Shown: positions 30,200-40,127, numbered from the stretch's first letter. The stretch: DNA of 64,000 nt from Pseudomonadota bacterium (GCA_031416315.1 JANOTL010000169.1:19526-83525), one strand, 5' to 3'. Notes: generated from the letters alone by a model not told the origin. Made by a program: numbers and translations.

Positions 30200-31084
30200 T
30201 CACCGTGCCGCCGCGAAGGCATAGGAAGCGATCATCGATGATATCGCGGTCCGCATGCCGCTCGGCCCTTTGCTGCAGAACGTGCTCATTCGCTTCGCCA
30301 TGAAGTCGAACTCCTTCGTCTCGGGGTCGAGCGCCGGCAGGCAACGAACTAGTATACTGCGCGACTTTTTCTTCGTCGAGCAGTCGCATTCCTTTTTGTC
30401 GAGCGCGCAGTTGTGGCCGACGACGTTTGCGACCGTCTCGAGGGAGCGCAGGTAGGTGTCCGTGACGCTGTCGCCGGCGACCGTCGTGCGCGTCGCGTTC
30501 TTGAGGTCGACGAGGTTGCCGCGCTCGATCTCGATGATGTCGGTCCCGGCGTCGAGGGCCGCCTCGACCTGCGGCGTCGGAAGGAGAAAGGCGAACTTGT
30601 CGGATTCCTCCTGCGCCAAGGCGAAGGCGCCTAGGGGATCCAAGTCGTCTTTCGCGAGAGCCCGGGCATCGGCCTCGGCCTCGCCGAAGGTCCCATCCGC
30701 GAGGAGGGCCAGGCCGGCGGCTGGCGGCGTTCCCCCGGCCGGCTCTTGCTTCTGCAAAAGCATGTCCGCAGAGATCAGGGTCATGCCCTTACCCATACAT
30801 GCTTCAATCGAATTGCGCAGGAGGACGACGTCCTTCACTTGGAAGTTTGCCCCGGAGTTGTCGATGGACTTCGTTTTCGCGGCGTCGCCGTCGTCGTCGT
30901 GGATGCCGTCGCCGTCTTCGTCTTTGAAGCCTTTGTCCTTGCTGGTTATCTCCTTCGACTTCTTCGACTTCGTGCCGCCGAGCGAACCGAAGCCCGAGAT
31001 CTTGTCGTCGGAGCACGCGCTAAAGGAGCTCGGCACGGCGAGCGCGAGGGCGAGGGCTAGATAAAGAGATTGTGCTCGTCTCAT
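30200..31084 (-). CDS. Lipoprotein of unknown function, Cys-containing helical C-domain
   Basis: Lipobox FSAC; 9-21 bp gaps to neighbours indicate an operon. Confidence 0.7.
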   Translation of the reverse strand: MRRAQSLYLALALALAVPSSFSACSDDKISGFGSLGGTKSKKSKEITSKDKGFKDEDGDGIHDDDGDAAKTKSIDNSGANFQVKDVVLLRNSIEACMGKGMTLISADMLLQKQEPAGGTPPAAGLALLADGTFGEAEADARALAKDDLDPLGAFALAQEESDKFAFLLPTPQVEAALDAGTDIIEIERGNLVDLKNATRTTVAGDSVTDTYLRSLETVANVVGHNCALDKKECDCSTKKKSRSILVRCLPALDPETKEFDFMAKRMSTFCSKGPSGMRTAISSMIASYAFAAAR

Positions 31085-31105
31085 GGAGATCTCCTGTGCG
31101 TAGCT

Positions 31106-33055
31106 CTATCCGCCCGAGCGCGAGCAAGCGTACGTTTCCGAGGCGAAATAGGCCTGAAACAATGGCGCGAGCTTGCCTTCGCTCTCCTTGAAAGCGCGGT
31201 TGAACTTGATCATGATCTCTTCGCTGGTCGAATCGAGATTCGACAAGGCTCGTGGGATATGGCGCGCAAGCCCGCCGGCGAGGACCCTGCCGTCGTCGAT
31301 CAGGTAGGCCGCGAGATCGCCGACTTCCTTCAAAACGAGGTCGGAGCCGTCGGCTTTACCGCCAGGGACGCAGCCCTTTTCCGTGTTGCTCATCCGGTCC
31401 GCGAAAATCTTCTTCAAGAACGCGAGGTCGATCGGAACTTCGTTCGCGCTGTCGCGCGGGCCCTTCGGCCGGTTCTTCAGGGTCGGGATCGTGGCGGCGG
31501 GAACAGCCCCGTCGTCCTCGATCTTGAGGCCTGAGACGCTGTCACTGTAGATGAGCCCCGCCGGGTTGAAGGGACGAAAGAGGATCGAGCCCGCCGCCAT
31601 CTGCCGGTCGATGTGGCAGCTCTGGCAAAGGTTCGCGAATCCGGGCACGGCCTTCGAGCCGAACGGGGCGACGCCGTCGCCCTTGACGTCGACGCGGACG
31701 TCCTCGGTCTTCAAGCAGTCCGGCAAAGCCTCGACGTCGGCGCCGCCGGGCTTGTCGGTCGCGTTGATGAACACGTCGCCTCGAACGATGAAGTGCATCA
31801 GCGCCGAGCGGCCGTAGTTGTTGTTGTTGACGATGAAGGAGGTCGGATTCGAGCGCAGGTAACCTATAGTGCCAAAGAACGTCCCGCGCGGCTTTTTCAT
31901 GGTGCACTCGCCCCAGTCGCCCGAGGGCGAAGAGCAGCCGTAAAGCGGAGCGGTATTCTTCGTCACCATCACGACGTCGGAAAGGAGGATGTCGTTATAC
32001 GACTTGGTCTCCATTTCCTTCAGCAGCTTCTGGTAGAACTCCTGCTGGAGATCCGCGGCTTGCTCGGCTGATATCAAGAACTGCCCCGCCTCCTTCGGGT
32101 TCGGGTAAGCGCCGATGGCGTTCACCGAGGCGATCTTGTCCGCGAATTTCTTCAGGCCGACGGCCAAGAATTCCTTCTTCCACTTCTCGTCTTTGACGAG
32201 CCGCTCGGCGATTTTCTGCCGGTCTTCGCGCGAGACCGGCTCGTCGGGGCTCTCGATCAGCGCCATCTCGTCTTCGGTCGGATTGCGGCTGAAGGCGTCC
32301 TGCGTCAAGCGGGTGAGGTAAAGCCGACCGCTCGCCGGATTGTCGCACTTGAAGTTGATCTTGATGCTACCGGCGGCGGCGCCTTCGGACTTGCCGTTGC
32401 CGACGCCGAACTGGTCTTGGCCCTGCTGGGCGACGCCAGAAAGCTCGGTCTCGAACCATTTGACGAGCTGCTTCAACTCATCGATTTTGGCGTCCTTCAT
32501 CTTCAGCGTGCCGGGCGGCATCGGCTGCGGCTTCTGGCCGACGAGCTGCTTCGCGCCCTGAACGAGCGCCGCGTAGGCGCGCGGCGCGAGGGGGTCGTTC
32601 AAGAGCTTGTCTTTGGAAAAGTCCCTTGGATCGATGCTGTAAAAAGCCGCGAGGTCGCCCTTCGGGCTGTGACAACCGCCGCAATCGGTCTTCAGCTTCT
32701 CGATCGCGTCGTCGTCCGACATCGGCTCGATGCCGGTGAGCCAGTTCTTGGCGGCGATGACGTCCTCGTCCTCGGCCTCGGCATTCTTATCGGTGACGTC
32801 CGGGGATCCCGAGTCATCGTCGTCGTCGCCCGTCTTCGGCGCGGCCTTGCAGTCGTCGCCCTTTGACGTTTTCAATCGCAGCTTCTTGCCCGAGCCCGTA
32901 CCGGACTTGGCGCAGTCCGCGGTGGTGTCGGCTTTTTTCCCCGTGCGCGACTTTGGAGCGCTGTCGCTGCAGCCCACGCAAGCCACTACGAGCGCGACGC
33001 CGAGGGCGAGGCGGAAAGCGCCGGAGAGCAGACTGATTGGCTTTTCGGACTCCAA
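31106..33055 (-). CDS. Diheme c-type lipoprotein, DUF1549/DUF1588/DUF1585-like
   Basis: TTG start with GGGAG RBS; lipobox CVGC; CGGCH (32669-32683) and CQSCH (31613-31627); YLTRLTQDAFSRNPT, RGTFFGT.GYL, LFQAYFASETY. Confidence 0.7.
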   Translation of the reverse strand: MESEKPISLLSGAFRLALGVALVVACVGCSDSAPKSRTGKKADTTADCAKSGTGSGKKLRLKTSKGDDCKAAPKTGDDDDDSGSPDVTDKNAEAEDEDVIAAKNWLTGIEPMSDDDAIEKLKTDCGGCHSPKGDLAAFYSIDPRDFSKDKLLNDPLAPRAYAALVQGAKQLVGQKPQPMPPGTLKMKDAKIDELKQLVKWFETELSGVAQQGQDQFGVGNGKSEGAAAGSIKINFKCDNPASGRLYLTRLTQDAFSRNPTEDEMALIESPDEPVSREDRQKIAERLVKDEKWKKEFLAVGLKKFADKIASVNAIGAYPNPKEAGQFLISAEQAADLQQEFYQKLLKEMETKSYNDILLSDVVMVTKNTAPLYGCSSPSGDWGECTMKKPRGTFFGTIGYLRSNPTSFIVNNNNYGRSALMHFIVRGDVFINATDKPGGADVEALPDCLKTEDVRVDVKGDGVAPFGSKAVPGFANLCQSCHIDRQMAAGSILFRPFNPAGLIYSDSVSGLKIEDDGAVPAATIPTLKNRPKGPRDSANEVPIDLAFLKKIFADRMSNTEKGCVPGGKADGSDLVLKEVGDLAAYLIDDGRVLAGGLARHIPRALSNLDSTSEEIMIKFNRAFKESEGKLAPLFQAYFASETYACSRSGG

Positions 33056-33103
33056 GGGGCTCCCACCGGAATTCGGGCGCTGGCTCAATGCCTCGTTCGG
33101 GGT

Positions 33104-33131
33104 TTTTCGGCAAATTCCGTCAGGATCTTGA
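33104..33131 (-). promoter_or_regulatory. Sigma-28-like internal promoter for 33055-28544
   Basis: TCAA-N16-GCCGAAAA. Confidence 0.55.
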
Positions 33132-33198
33132 GGGATAGGCAAAAAACGCCACGAAAAGGGTGGATAAGCCCCACGCGTTGCGGATTCCCCCGAGGCCT

Positions 33199-34155
33199 TC
33201 AGGGGACGCCGTCGTCCTCGACGCCGCTGCCGGCGATCGCGGCGCCCCAAGTCGTCACCGCGCCCGCCGTCTTGACCTCGACGTTGGCGAAAATGCCGAG
33301 GACGGCTTTGATCGGCAGAAGCTGCTGGTAGGTCGAAGACGGGATCGTGACCTTGTCGCCTGGCATGAGCACGCAGCGCAAAACCTTCATTCCGGCCGCC
33401 TTGCCGCCGAAAAAGCTGACGACGATGACGTTGTAATTCTGCGCACGTTTCAGGTCTTGGATCTTGAGATCGACTTTCGAGGCGGCCAGGTTGTTGTTGA
33501 GGTCTGCCGTGTCGAGCGAGGTTGTGAGGCTAAAATCGTAGGCTCCCGAGAGCTTCAAAGCCGATGCGGTCGGGACGATCGGCGTCGCAATCGTGGCGAC
33601 CGTGGCGCCGCCCTTCTTCACGGCGACGGTGGCGACGCCCTCGGCGTTGATGCCCCTTTGCGACTGCTGGCCGCGCTCTTCGCCGCGCGCGATGCCGTCT
33701 TCTGCCGGCAATTCTTCGCTCCAGGCGCCGCTCGCCGTGGCGCCGTCGGCGCCGCCGCCCGCGAACGCGGACGCGTCGGCGCAGCCCGCCGGTTGCGCTT
33801 TTGCGAGGAGCCCGCTGCCGGTCGTGGCGCTGATCTGCCGCCATTTGTAGTCGTCGGAGAGGCGCTTGTCGGGCTCGTTCACCCACTTGCGCATATTGAT
33901 CACGCCGAACTCCGCGAGGGCCTCGACGCCGGCGCCGGCGGCCGCCCCGGGCGGCAAGTAGGGGCCGAATTCGAATGGCTTCGAGGCCAGGCCGCCGAAG
34001 CCTTTGGCGGTCGATCCCGTCCCCGAGCCCCCGGCGCCGCCGGTGGCGGCGCCGCCCGATTTCCCGCGCTCCGCCTTTTCTTTCGTCTCCGAGCAGGCGC
34101 TCGCGAGAGCGACCATACAGAAGAAGAGAAACACGTTTCGAGCGGCGCAGACCAT
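33199..34155 (-). CDS. Beta-rich lipoprotein of unknown function
   Basis: Lipobox ASAC, Gly-rich linker; AGGAGG RBS. Confidence 0.7.
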   Translation of the reverse strand: MVCAARNVFLFFCMVALASACSETKEKAERGKSGGAATGGAGGSGTGSTAKGFGGLASKPFEFGPYLPPGAAAGAGVEALAEFGVINMRKWVNEPDKRLSDDYKWRQISATTGSGLLAKAQPAGCADASAFAGGGADGATASGAWSEELPAEDGIARGEERGQQSQRGINAEGVATVAVKKGGATVATIATPIVPTASALKLSGAYDFSLTTSLDTADLNNNLAASKVDLKIQDLKRAQNYNVIVVSFFGGKAAGMKVLRCVLMPGDKVTIPSSTYQQLLPIKAVLGIFANVEVKTAGAVTTWGAAIAGSGVEDDGVP

Positions 34156-34176
34156 CGATGCCTCCTGGTCACCCTG

Positions 34177-34203
34177 GGATCGGCATCCTGGCGACGAAGT
34201 TTA
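34177..34203 (-). promoter_or_regulatory. Sigma-28 (FliA)-type promoter for 34155
   Basis: TAAA-N15-GCCGATCC. Confidence 0.7.
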
Positions 34204-34279
34204 GCCGCGTTTCACCGCGTGGGGGCGCTTCTGCAAGTCGAGGCCGCGCCAGCTTTTTTCACGCAGCCGGCAAAAAGCC

Positions 34280-34307
34280 TAAAGTTCGCCCGCTTTGGGG
34301 CCGATTC
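34280..34307 (+). promoter_or_regulatory. Sigma-28 (FliA)-type promoter for 34391
   Basis: TAAA(GTT)-N16-GCCGATTC. Confidence 0.65.
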
Positions 34308-34390
34308 GAAGTTCAACGGTCGGTTGGTGTCAGGTTTCCGGTCCCGCGCTGCTCCGCAGCGGACTACCTCCACGTCAGGAGACGAACGGT

Positions 34391-35707
34391 ATGGCGTCGA
34401 ATCAAAGAGATCCTTTGCAGCCCCTCAACATTGAAACGCCCGAGACGCTCGGCGCGAGCGATGCGAAGGCTGCGACGCCTACCGAGGGCCAACCCGCCTC
34501 GGTCAACCGCCGCAGCATGTTCGGCGTCGGCGCCGTCGGCATCGCGGCCCTGGTCGCGGCCGCCTGCGGCAGCGGGACGTTCTCGTCCGCCAGCGCGGGC
34601 AAGAAGAAGACGAACGCCAAGCCAAAGGCTGACGCGGGCGACGGTGATGACGACGACGACTCGGGGTCCACCTCGGGCGCCACCAAAGGCGGCACCAAAG
34701 GCGGCACCGGCACCGGCGGCGGCCCGCGCATCGACCCGACCACGGGCGAGCTTTACATCCCAGCCGGCGGCACGGAGACGGTTCCGGGCGGCGAGAAGGG
34801 CTTGAAAGAGTGCGTGCCGAAAGACGTCACGGTCGTCACCTGCGACCCGAAGACGGGCAAGCTCACGGCCTTGAAGCCAGGCGACACGACCGTCACGGTC
34901 ACCCTGCCCGACGGCACGAAAAAAGAGATCCCGGTCAAGGTCTACGACCCGAAGAACCCGCCCAAGACTCTGCCCGCGCCGACCCCGGGCACGACTGACG
35001 ACACCGGCGACGACGTCACGGGCGTCGTCGATGAAGAAGACAAGTGTACCGCCAACAACATGAACAAGCTCGACGTCGAGAGCATGGATGACATGCCGGC
35101 CGACATGGTGCCGAAGGTCGTCTTCTACGGGACGAAGCGGTCCGCTCTCGTCGCCATCCAGTTCTCGAGCCACGATAAAGTGAAGCAGGTCATCATCTGC
35201 CGGGACGACGGCCAACTCCTCGCGCTGCACGGCATCACGGGCGCCGACGGCTCGAACCGCCCGATCGTCTGCGACAACCTCTGGATCGGCGACAGCGCCA
35301 ACATCAAGATCGTCGTCCAAAACGGCGACGAGCGTTGGAAGTCGACGCACGAAGTGAAGTGGTTCAAATCGTTCGGCGGCAAGACCGTCACCGACCTCAC
35401 GGACGGGGCGAAGCCGGCGCTACAGGCGATCGCCGTGTTCGGCGAGAACGGCCCCACTTTCGGCGTCGACAACGACACGCGCTATCCCGACGAGAACGAC
35501 AACGCCGCCGACGACCGGCCGCTGATCACCGCGAAGACCGGCTCGAAGTGGGCAGTGCAAGCGGCCACGCTCAACGGCGGCCAGTGCACCGACATCATGG
35601 GCAACCCCATCTCGATCGCCGACTCCGGCCTCCTGGAATACCAGGTGTTCTGCGTCTACGTGAACGACGGCGGCAACCTTTTCCGCACCATCCTGCACGT
35701 CGGCTAA
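34391..35707 (+). CDS. Tat lipoprotein with Big_2/Ig-like domain and unknown C-terminal domain
   Basis: NRRSMF..AAAC; VVTCDPKTGKLTALKPGDTTVTVT (Big_2-like); AGGAGA RBS. Confidence 0.7.
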   Translation: MASNQRDPLQPLNIETPETLGASDAKAATPTEGQPASVNRRSMFGVGAVGIAALVAAACGSGTFSSASAGKKKTNAKPKADAGDGDDDDDSGSTSGATKGGTKGGTGTGGGPRIDPTTGELYIPAGGTETVPGGEKGLKECVPKDVTVVTCDPKTGKLTALKPGDTTVTVTLPDGTKKEIPVKVYDPKNPPKTLPAPTPGTTDDTGDDVTGVVDEEDKCTANNMNKLDVESMDDMPADMVPKVVFYGTKRSALVAIQFSSHDKVKQVIICRDDGQLLALHGITGADGSNRPIVCDNLWIGDSANIKIVVQNGDERWKSTHEVKWFKSFGGKTVTDLTDGAKPALQAIAVFGENGPTFGVDNDTRYPDENDNAADDRPLITAKTGSKWAVQAATLNGGQCTDIMGNPISIADSGLLEYQVFCVYVNDGGNLFRTILHVG

Positions 35708-35758
35708 CGGAATCAGCTCAGCGCCTTAAATGTTCGGATTATTCTTGGGGAGTCCGAG

Positions 35759-36730
35759 ATGCCTTTTGCGACTAAAGATCAAGTGTTTCAAATGGACCGC
35801 CGCTCGCTCTTGAAATGGACCGGTGCCCTGGGCATCGGCGCCACGTTCGTGAGCCCGCATGAGCTTTTCGCCAAAGGTCTCTGCAAAGAGATCCTGATCG
35901 ACAACGGCGACTTCACCGCGACGCAAGCCGGAGCCAAGCTCCAGTTCTGGATCGACGGCATCCTCTTCGGCTCGCGCACCAACCTCTCGGCGCGCGCCAA
36001 CATCACCCTCTTCATGCCGTTGCAGCAGTCGGAAGATTCGTTTGTCGAGTCGGTTGTCCTTATGGACGCTGGCAAGAAGACCATCGGCGCACGTTTCTTC
36101 GACCACACGATGGCGATGTACAACGAAGGGTACGTCCCGTACGTGCGCTTCGAGAACGTCGAGCTCGACACGAACAGCACTTACTACTGCGTCTACACCG
36201 TGAAAACCGGTAGCGACGTCAAGCTCTACACGGCGACCATCGATAAGCCGAAGCTCTCGGCCCTCAAAGAGGACTTCCTGCCGACCACGATCAAGAACGA
36301 CTTTAAGACGTTCCTCGTCGGCAACAAGGCCAACCCGACGCCCGGCCTCTTCACGACGCAGTTCCAGTTCTACACGAAGAACAGCCTCATCGCGCACTGC
36401 GCGCGCGGGAAGATGCAGTCGATCAGCTCCTCGAGCAAAGACTTCACCGTCAACATCGACTTCATGCACGGCGACGCCGGCCCGACCCACTACATGCGCT
36501 ACTTCCTCGTCATGGACCCTGTCGGTCGCATTCTCGGCGTGAAAAAACGCGAATCGCCGGCCGATCCGGGCGCCGGCTTCATGCCGGTGTCGCAGCTCGA
36601 CGGGCCGACCAAAGACAAGTTCTCGATCGATCCCCTGCAAATCGCCGACATCCGCGACTGCCCGTACATCCAGTTCTTCACCGAGGACAGCTACGATGCC
36701 CTCGCGCGGAACATGATCCGGATCCGCTGA
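35759..36730 (+). CDS. Tat-exported protein with two related beta domains and a His-containing motif
   Basis: DRRSLLK..ELFA; SFVESVVLMDAGKKTIG vs HYMRYFLVMDPVGRILG. Confidence 0.7.
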   Translation: MPFATKDQVFQMDRRSLLKWTGALGIGATFVSPHELFAKGLCKEILIDNGDFTATQAGAKLQFWIDGILFGSRTNLSARANITLFMPLQQSEDSFVESVVLMDAGKKTIGARFFDHTMAMYNEGYVPYVRFENVELDTNSTYYCVYTVKTGSDVKLYTATIDKPKLSALKEDFLPTTIKNDFKTFLVGNKANPTPGLFTTQFQFYTKNSLIAHCARGKMQSISSSSKDFTVNIDFMHGDAGPTHYMRYFLVMDPVGRILGVKKRESPADPGAGFMPVSQLDGPTKDKFSIDPLQIADIRDCPYIQFFTEDSYDALARNMIRIR

Positions 36731-36761
36731 TCTAGTCCCGGTGTCTCGAAAACCCAAGATC

Positions 36762-36800
36762 GACCCCTGCGTCCGGAAGGCCGCGGGGGTTTTCTCTTTT
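36762..36800 (+). terminator. Intrinsic terminator
   Basis: ACCCCTGCG..CGCGGGGGT stem followed by TTTCTCTTTT. Confidence 0.65.
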
Positions 36801-36814
36801 CGCCCCTTTCGCCG

Positions 36815-36829
36815 TGGTACACTCATGGG
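36815..36829 (+). promoter_or_regulatory. Extended -10 promoter giving a leaderless LysR mRNA
   Basis: TG-G-TACACT, 6 nt before ATG 36830, no SD. Confidence 0.55.
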
Positions 36830-37627
36830 ATGGAATATCTCAGCTGGGATCTGAGCATTCTCTCGCGCGCCGTCGCGTACCCGAACCTCTCGGGCGCATC
36901 GACGCACGTCGGCCTATCGCAGCCGCAGCTCTCGCGCATCATCGCGAAGCTCGAGGACGAGACCGGCCTCACCCTCCTCGACCGCGAGACGCGCCGCAAG
37001 TCGTCGTGGACGCCGGCCGCCTACCGTTTAGCCGAGATCTACCAGCGGACCTACCAAAGCTTCCGCGCTGACGTCGCCGCCCTCGAAGGCTCCGCCTTCC
37101 CGGAGCACCTTCGGATCGGCACCCTGGAAGGACTCCTTCCCTTGGCCCTGCCCTTCGTTCACGCCCTTCTCGAGTCGAGCGAGGTCATGGTCTGCGACCT
37201 CATGGTGTTCGACACGAGCTACCTCGAAGAAAAATTCGCGAAGGACGAGCTCGACCTGATCCTCTCCGTCCGCGAGCCGGGTCGGAAAAAATTCAAGAAC
37301 GTGAAGGCCTTGGGGTACCAGACCGAAGACCGCATCGGCGAGTCGAACGCGGCCTCCGTCCCAAAAGTCTACAGCTCCTTCGAATACGACTCGCAGCCGC
37401 ACAAAGGAAAGCCCAAGGAGAAGGCCTTCGTCTCGAACTCTCTCGCAGTGCGGCGCGAGTGGCTCTCGCGCTACTCCGGCGAAGGCTCGATGCCTTCTCC
37501 CGTGCGCAGCAAGAAGACGGGCAAACAGGACGAGCTGACGGTGATCCTCCTAGCGCACGACCACCTGTCGCCGGCGGCGTGGCAGACCATCGCGAAGCTT
37601 GCATCGGCGGCGCGGGAAGACGACTAA
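36830..37627 (+). CDS. LysR family transcriptional regulator (short)
   Basis: NLSGAS..VGLSQPQLSRIIAKLE...G..LLDR; LRIGT; ELDL. Confidence 0.85.
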   Translation: MEYLSWDLSILSRAVAYPNLSGASTHVGLSQPQLSRIIAKLEDETGLTLLDRETRRKSSWTPAAYRLAEIYQRTYQSFRADVAALEGSAFPEHLRIGTLEGLLPLALPFVHALLESSEVMVCDLMVFDTSYLEEKFAKDELDLILSVREPGRKKFKNVKALGYQTEDRIGESNAASVPKVYSSFEYDSQPHKGKPKEKAFVSNSLAVRREWLSRYSGEGSMPSPVRSKKTGKQDELTVILLAHDHLSPAAWQTIAKLASAAREDD

Positions 37628-37629
37628 GA

Positions 37630-38202
37630 CTACGCGCCGGCTTTGCACGGCTGCGAGGTCGGCGAATCGACGCCGAGTCCGTCGAGAATGCGGGTCTCGA
37701 GCTTGCAGCTCTTGAATCCCTCGCCCGGAACGAACATGCGGTTGCCCGTCATCTCGCGCCCGTAGATATGAAGCGACACGGCGTAATCGCCGCTTGCGTG
37801 CTCGACTTTATGCACGTCGCGGTCGGGCGGCATGTTGGAGATCACTTCGCCGCTCTCACAGAGCTTGCTGTCGAGGGCGCTAGGATTGACCTCGCATTCA
37901 CTGTAGTTGGTGATCCGCAGGGCGTTGCGGAGGACCGCCTCGACCCCCCAGGTGCCGTGGTCGTGGATCGCGGTGCCGTCACCAGGACCCCAGACCAAGA
38001 CCATCACCACAAAACCGTAGTCGGCGTCCTTGTAACAAAGATACCTCCCGGGCTTCAGCCCGCCGCGACTGGCGCGGCCTTCGAGGCAGGCTTGGAGGCG
38101 CGGCACTGATTCCTGGACGAGGCCTTGGATCTCGGCGACCGCCTTCTGATCGACGGAGCCTCGGGCGATCACTCTCCTCAGGTCCTGAACCAACTCGCGC
38201 AC
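37630..38202 (-). CDS. Cysteine dioxygenase family (cupin) protein
   Basis: WGPGDGTAIHDHG, VHKV, SLHIYG. Confidence 0.82.
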   Translation of the reverse strand: MRELVQDLRRVIARGSVDQKAVAEIQGLVQESVPRLQACLEGRASRGGLKPGRYLCYKDADYGFVVMVLVWGPGDGTAIHDHGTWGVEAVLRNALRITNYSECEVNPSALDSKLCESGEVISNMPPDRDVHKVEHASGDYAVSLHIYGREMTGNRMFVPGEGFKSCKLETRILDGLGVDSPTSQPCKAGA

Positions 38203-38240
38203 TGGAGAGCCTCCGCAGCGGCAGATTCACCGCATCTTCA

Positions 38241-38269
38241 TCTTCGGAATGCTAGCGGATTTTCCTTGA
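38241..38269 (-). promoter_or_regulatory. Weak sigma-28-like promoter for the cysteine dioxygenase gene
   Basis: TCAAG-N16-TCCGAAGA. Confidence 0.35.
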
Positions 38270-38318
38270 GGGCTTAAGTCGAAATTGCGCGGTGCCTTCT
38301 TTATCTTAATGAATTTAA

Positions 38319-40127
38319 TTATTTATCTCGGTCGGCGGCGACCGGGACCAGGGCGAATCGCACCACGTCCACGAGGCCGCGGTCGGAGATTTTGAGGCTC
38401 GGGATCACCGGGAGGGCCAGGAAGGACAGTTGCAGAAAGGGCTCCTCCAAAGTGCAGCCAATCGAAGTAGCCAGCGCTTTCAGCCGGTGCAGGGCTTCCG
38501 TCACGACGGCGGGGTCCGCGTCGGTCATCAGGCCGCCGATCGGCAGCGGCAGGCGCTCGACTGCGCCCGAGACGTCGCCCTCGACGACGACGATGCCGCC
38601 GTCGATGGCGAGCAGCTCGTTCACGGCGCGTGCCATCGCCGCCTCTGACGAGCCGACGACGATGACGTTATGCGAGTCGTGGTTGATGCTGGTCGCGATG
38701 GCGCCACGCTTCAGGCCGAAGCCCTGGACGAAGGCGGTGGCGCGGCGGCCGGTGCCGTGATGGCGTTCCAGGACCGCAATTTTCAGGACGTCCGCCGCCA
38801 AATCCGCCTGGAAGGCGCCGATGGCGACGGGGAGCTCCACGACCAGGGGTTGCGTCAGGATCTGGCGGGGGATGACGCCGATCACGCGCGCGGGGGCGCG
38901 GTAGCGGGCGGTGCCGTCGAAGACCGTGAAATCTTCGGGGGTGACGGGGGCGAGATGGAGGTTCCGGGCGGCGCGGCCGCCGCGTTCGGCGCCGGTCCGC
39001 GCTTCGGCCACGGCCTGCAACTGCGCCGCGTCCACTAGGCGTCCGCTCTTCAGAACGCTCTCGACCGCAAGCCCGGACCGCCAGTCCTTGCCGTCTTTTG
39101 GCCGCACCAGGACCAGGTCCGCTTTGAACCCGGGCGCGACCGCGCCGCGGTCCTCGAGCCCGTAAATCCTGGCCGGGGCGAAGCTCGCGGCGCGGAAACA
39201 GTCCTCCGGACGGATGCCGGCGCGCAGCGCTTTGTCGATGATGCAGCTGATGTGGCCCTCGGCCGCGATGTCGGCCGGGTTGCGGTCGTCGCTGCAGTAC
39301 GACAGAACGGCGGACGAATAGGCGTCGAGAAGCGGTAGCAGCTCGTCCGCGTCTTTCGCGCAGGAGCCCTCACGGATCAAGACGTGGATCCCCTTCGTCA
39401 GCTTCTCGCGGGCCTCGGCGATCGAGGTCGACTCGTGGCAACTGTGGATGCCGGCAACGCCGTAGGCGTTCAGATCCTTGCCGGTAAGCCCGGGACAATG
39501 CCCATCGCGGCGCAGGCCCTCGAAGTCGACGAGCTTTTGCATCACGTCCGGGTCGCCGCCAAGGAGCCCGGGGAAGTTCATCATCTCCGCCAGGCCGAGG
39601 ACGCGCGGATGGTCGCGGAAGGGCCGTAAGGCCTCGGCCCCTAGCTCGGCCCCGCTGGTCTCCAGCGCCGCCGCCGGCGAGGTCGAGGGGACGCAGCTCG
39701 GCACCATCACGAACACGTCGAGGTCGAGCCCTTCGGAGCTCTCCAGGGCCCATTGGATGCCTTCGGCGCCGCGGACGTTGGCGATTTCGTGCGGATCCCA
39801 TACGATGGCGGTGGTGCCGTGCGGCAGGACCGCCTGCTGGAAGCGCACCGGCGTCATCAAGCTGGACTCGACGTGCACGTGCGCATCGATGAAGCCGGGC
39901 ACTAGGTAGGCGCCCTTGGCATCCAAGGTCTTCACGCCCTCGTAGGGGTCGAGGACGCCGACGATCAGGCCGTCATGGACGGCGACGTCACCGTCGCGGA
40001 AGGCGCCGGCGAAGACGTCGAGGAAGCGCGCGTTGCGGATGACGAGGTCCGGCAAGGTCCGCCCGCGCGCCGCGTCGATAGAGCGCTTCAGCCGGTCGGT
40101 CCCACCGTGGGCGGCCTTCGTCCTCAT
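38319..40127 (-). CDS. ade: Adenine deaminase
   Basis: PGFIDAHVHVESS, DPHEIANV, LAEMMN, DGH.PG, REGS, HDSHN, SFLALPVIP. Confidence 0.95.
   Translation of the reverse strand: MRTKAAHGGTDRLKRSIDAARGRTLPDLVIRNARFLDVFAGAFRDGDVAVHDGLIVGVLDPYEGVKTLDAKGAYLVPGFIDAHVHVESSLMTPVRFQQAVLPHGTTAIVWDPHEIANVRGAEGIQWALESSEGLDLDVFVMVPSCVPSTSPAAALETSGAELGAEALRPFRDHPRVLGLAEMMNFPGLLGGDPDVMQKLVDFEGLRRDGHCPGLTGKDLNAYGVAGIHSCHESTSIAEAREKLTKGIHVLIREGSCAKDADELLPLLDAYSSAVLSYCSDDRNPADIAAEGHISCIIDKALRAGIRPEDCFRAASFAPARIYGLEDRGAVAPGFKADLVLVRPKDGKDWRSGLAVESVLKSGRLVDAAQLQAVAEARTGAERGGRAARNLHLAPVTPEDFTVFDGTARYRAPARVIGVIPRQILTQPLVVELPVAIGAFQADLAADVLKIAVLERHHGTGRRATAFVQGFGLKRGAIATSINHDSHNVIVVGSSEAAMARAVNELLAIDGGIVVVEGDVSGAVERLPLPIGGLMTDADPAVVTEALHRLKALATSIGCTLEEPFLQLSFLALPVIPSLKISDRGLVDVVRFALVPVAADRDK

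Noticed and set aside
33159..33167. DnaA-box-like TTATCCACC
   Set aside because: Single mismatched copy with no origin context
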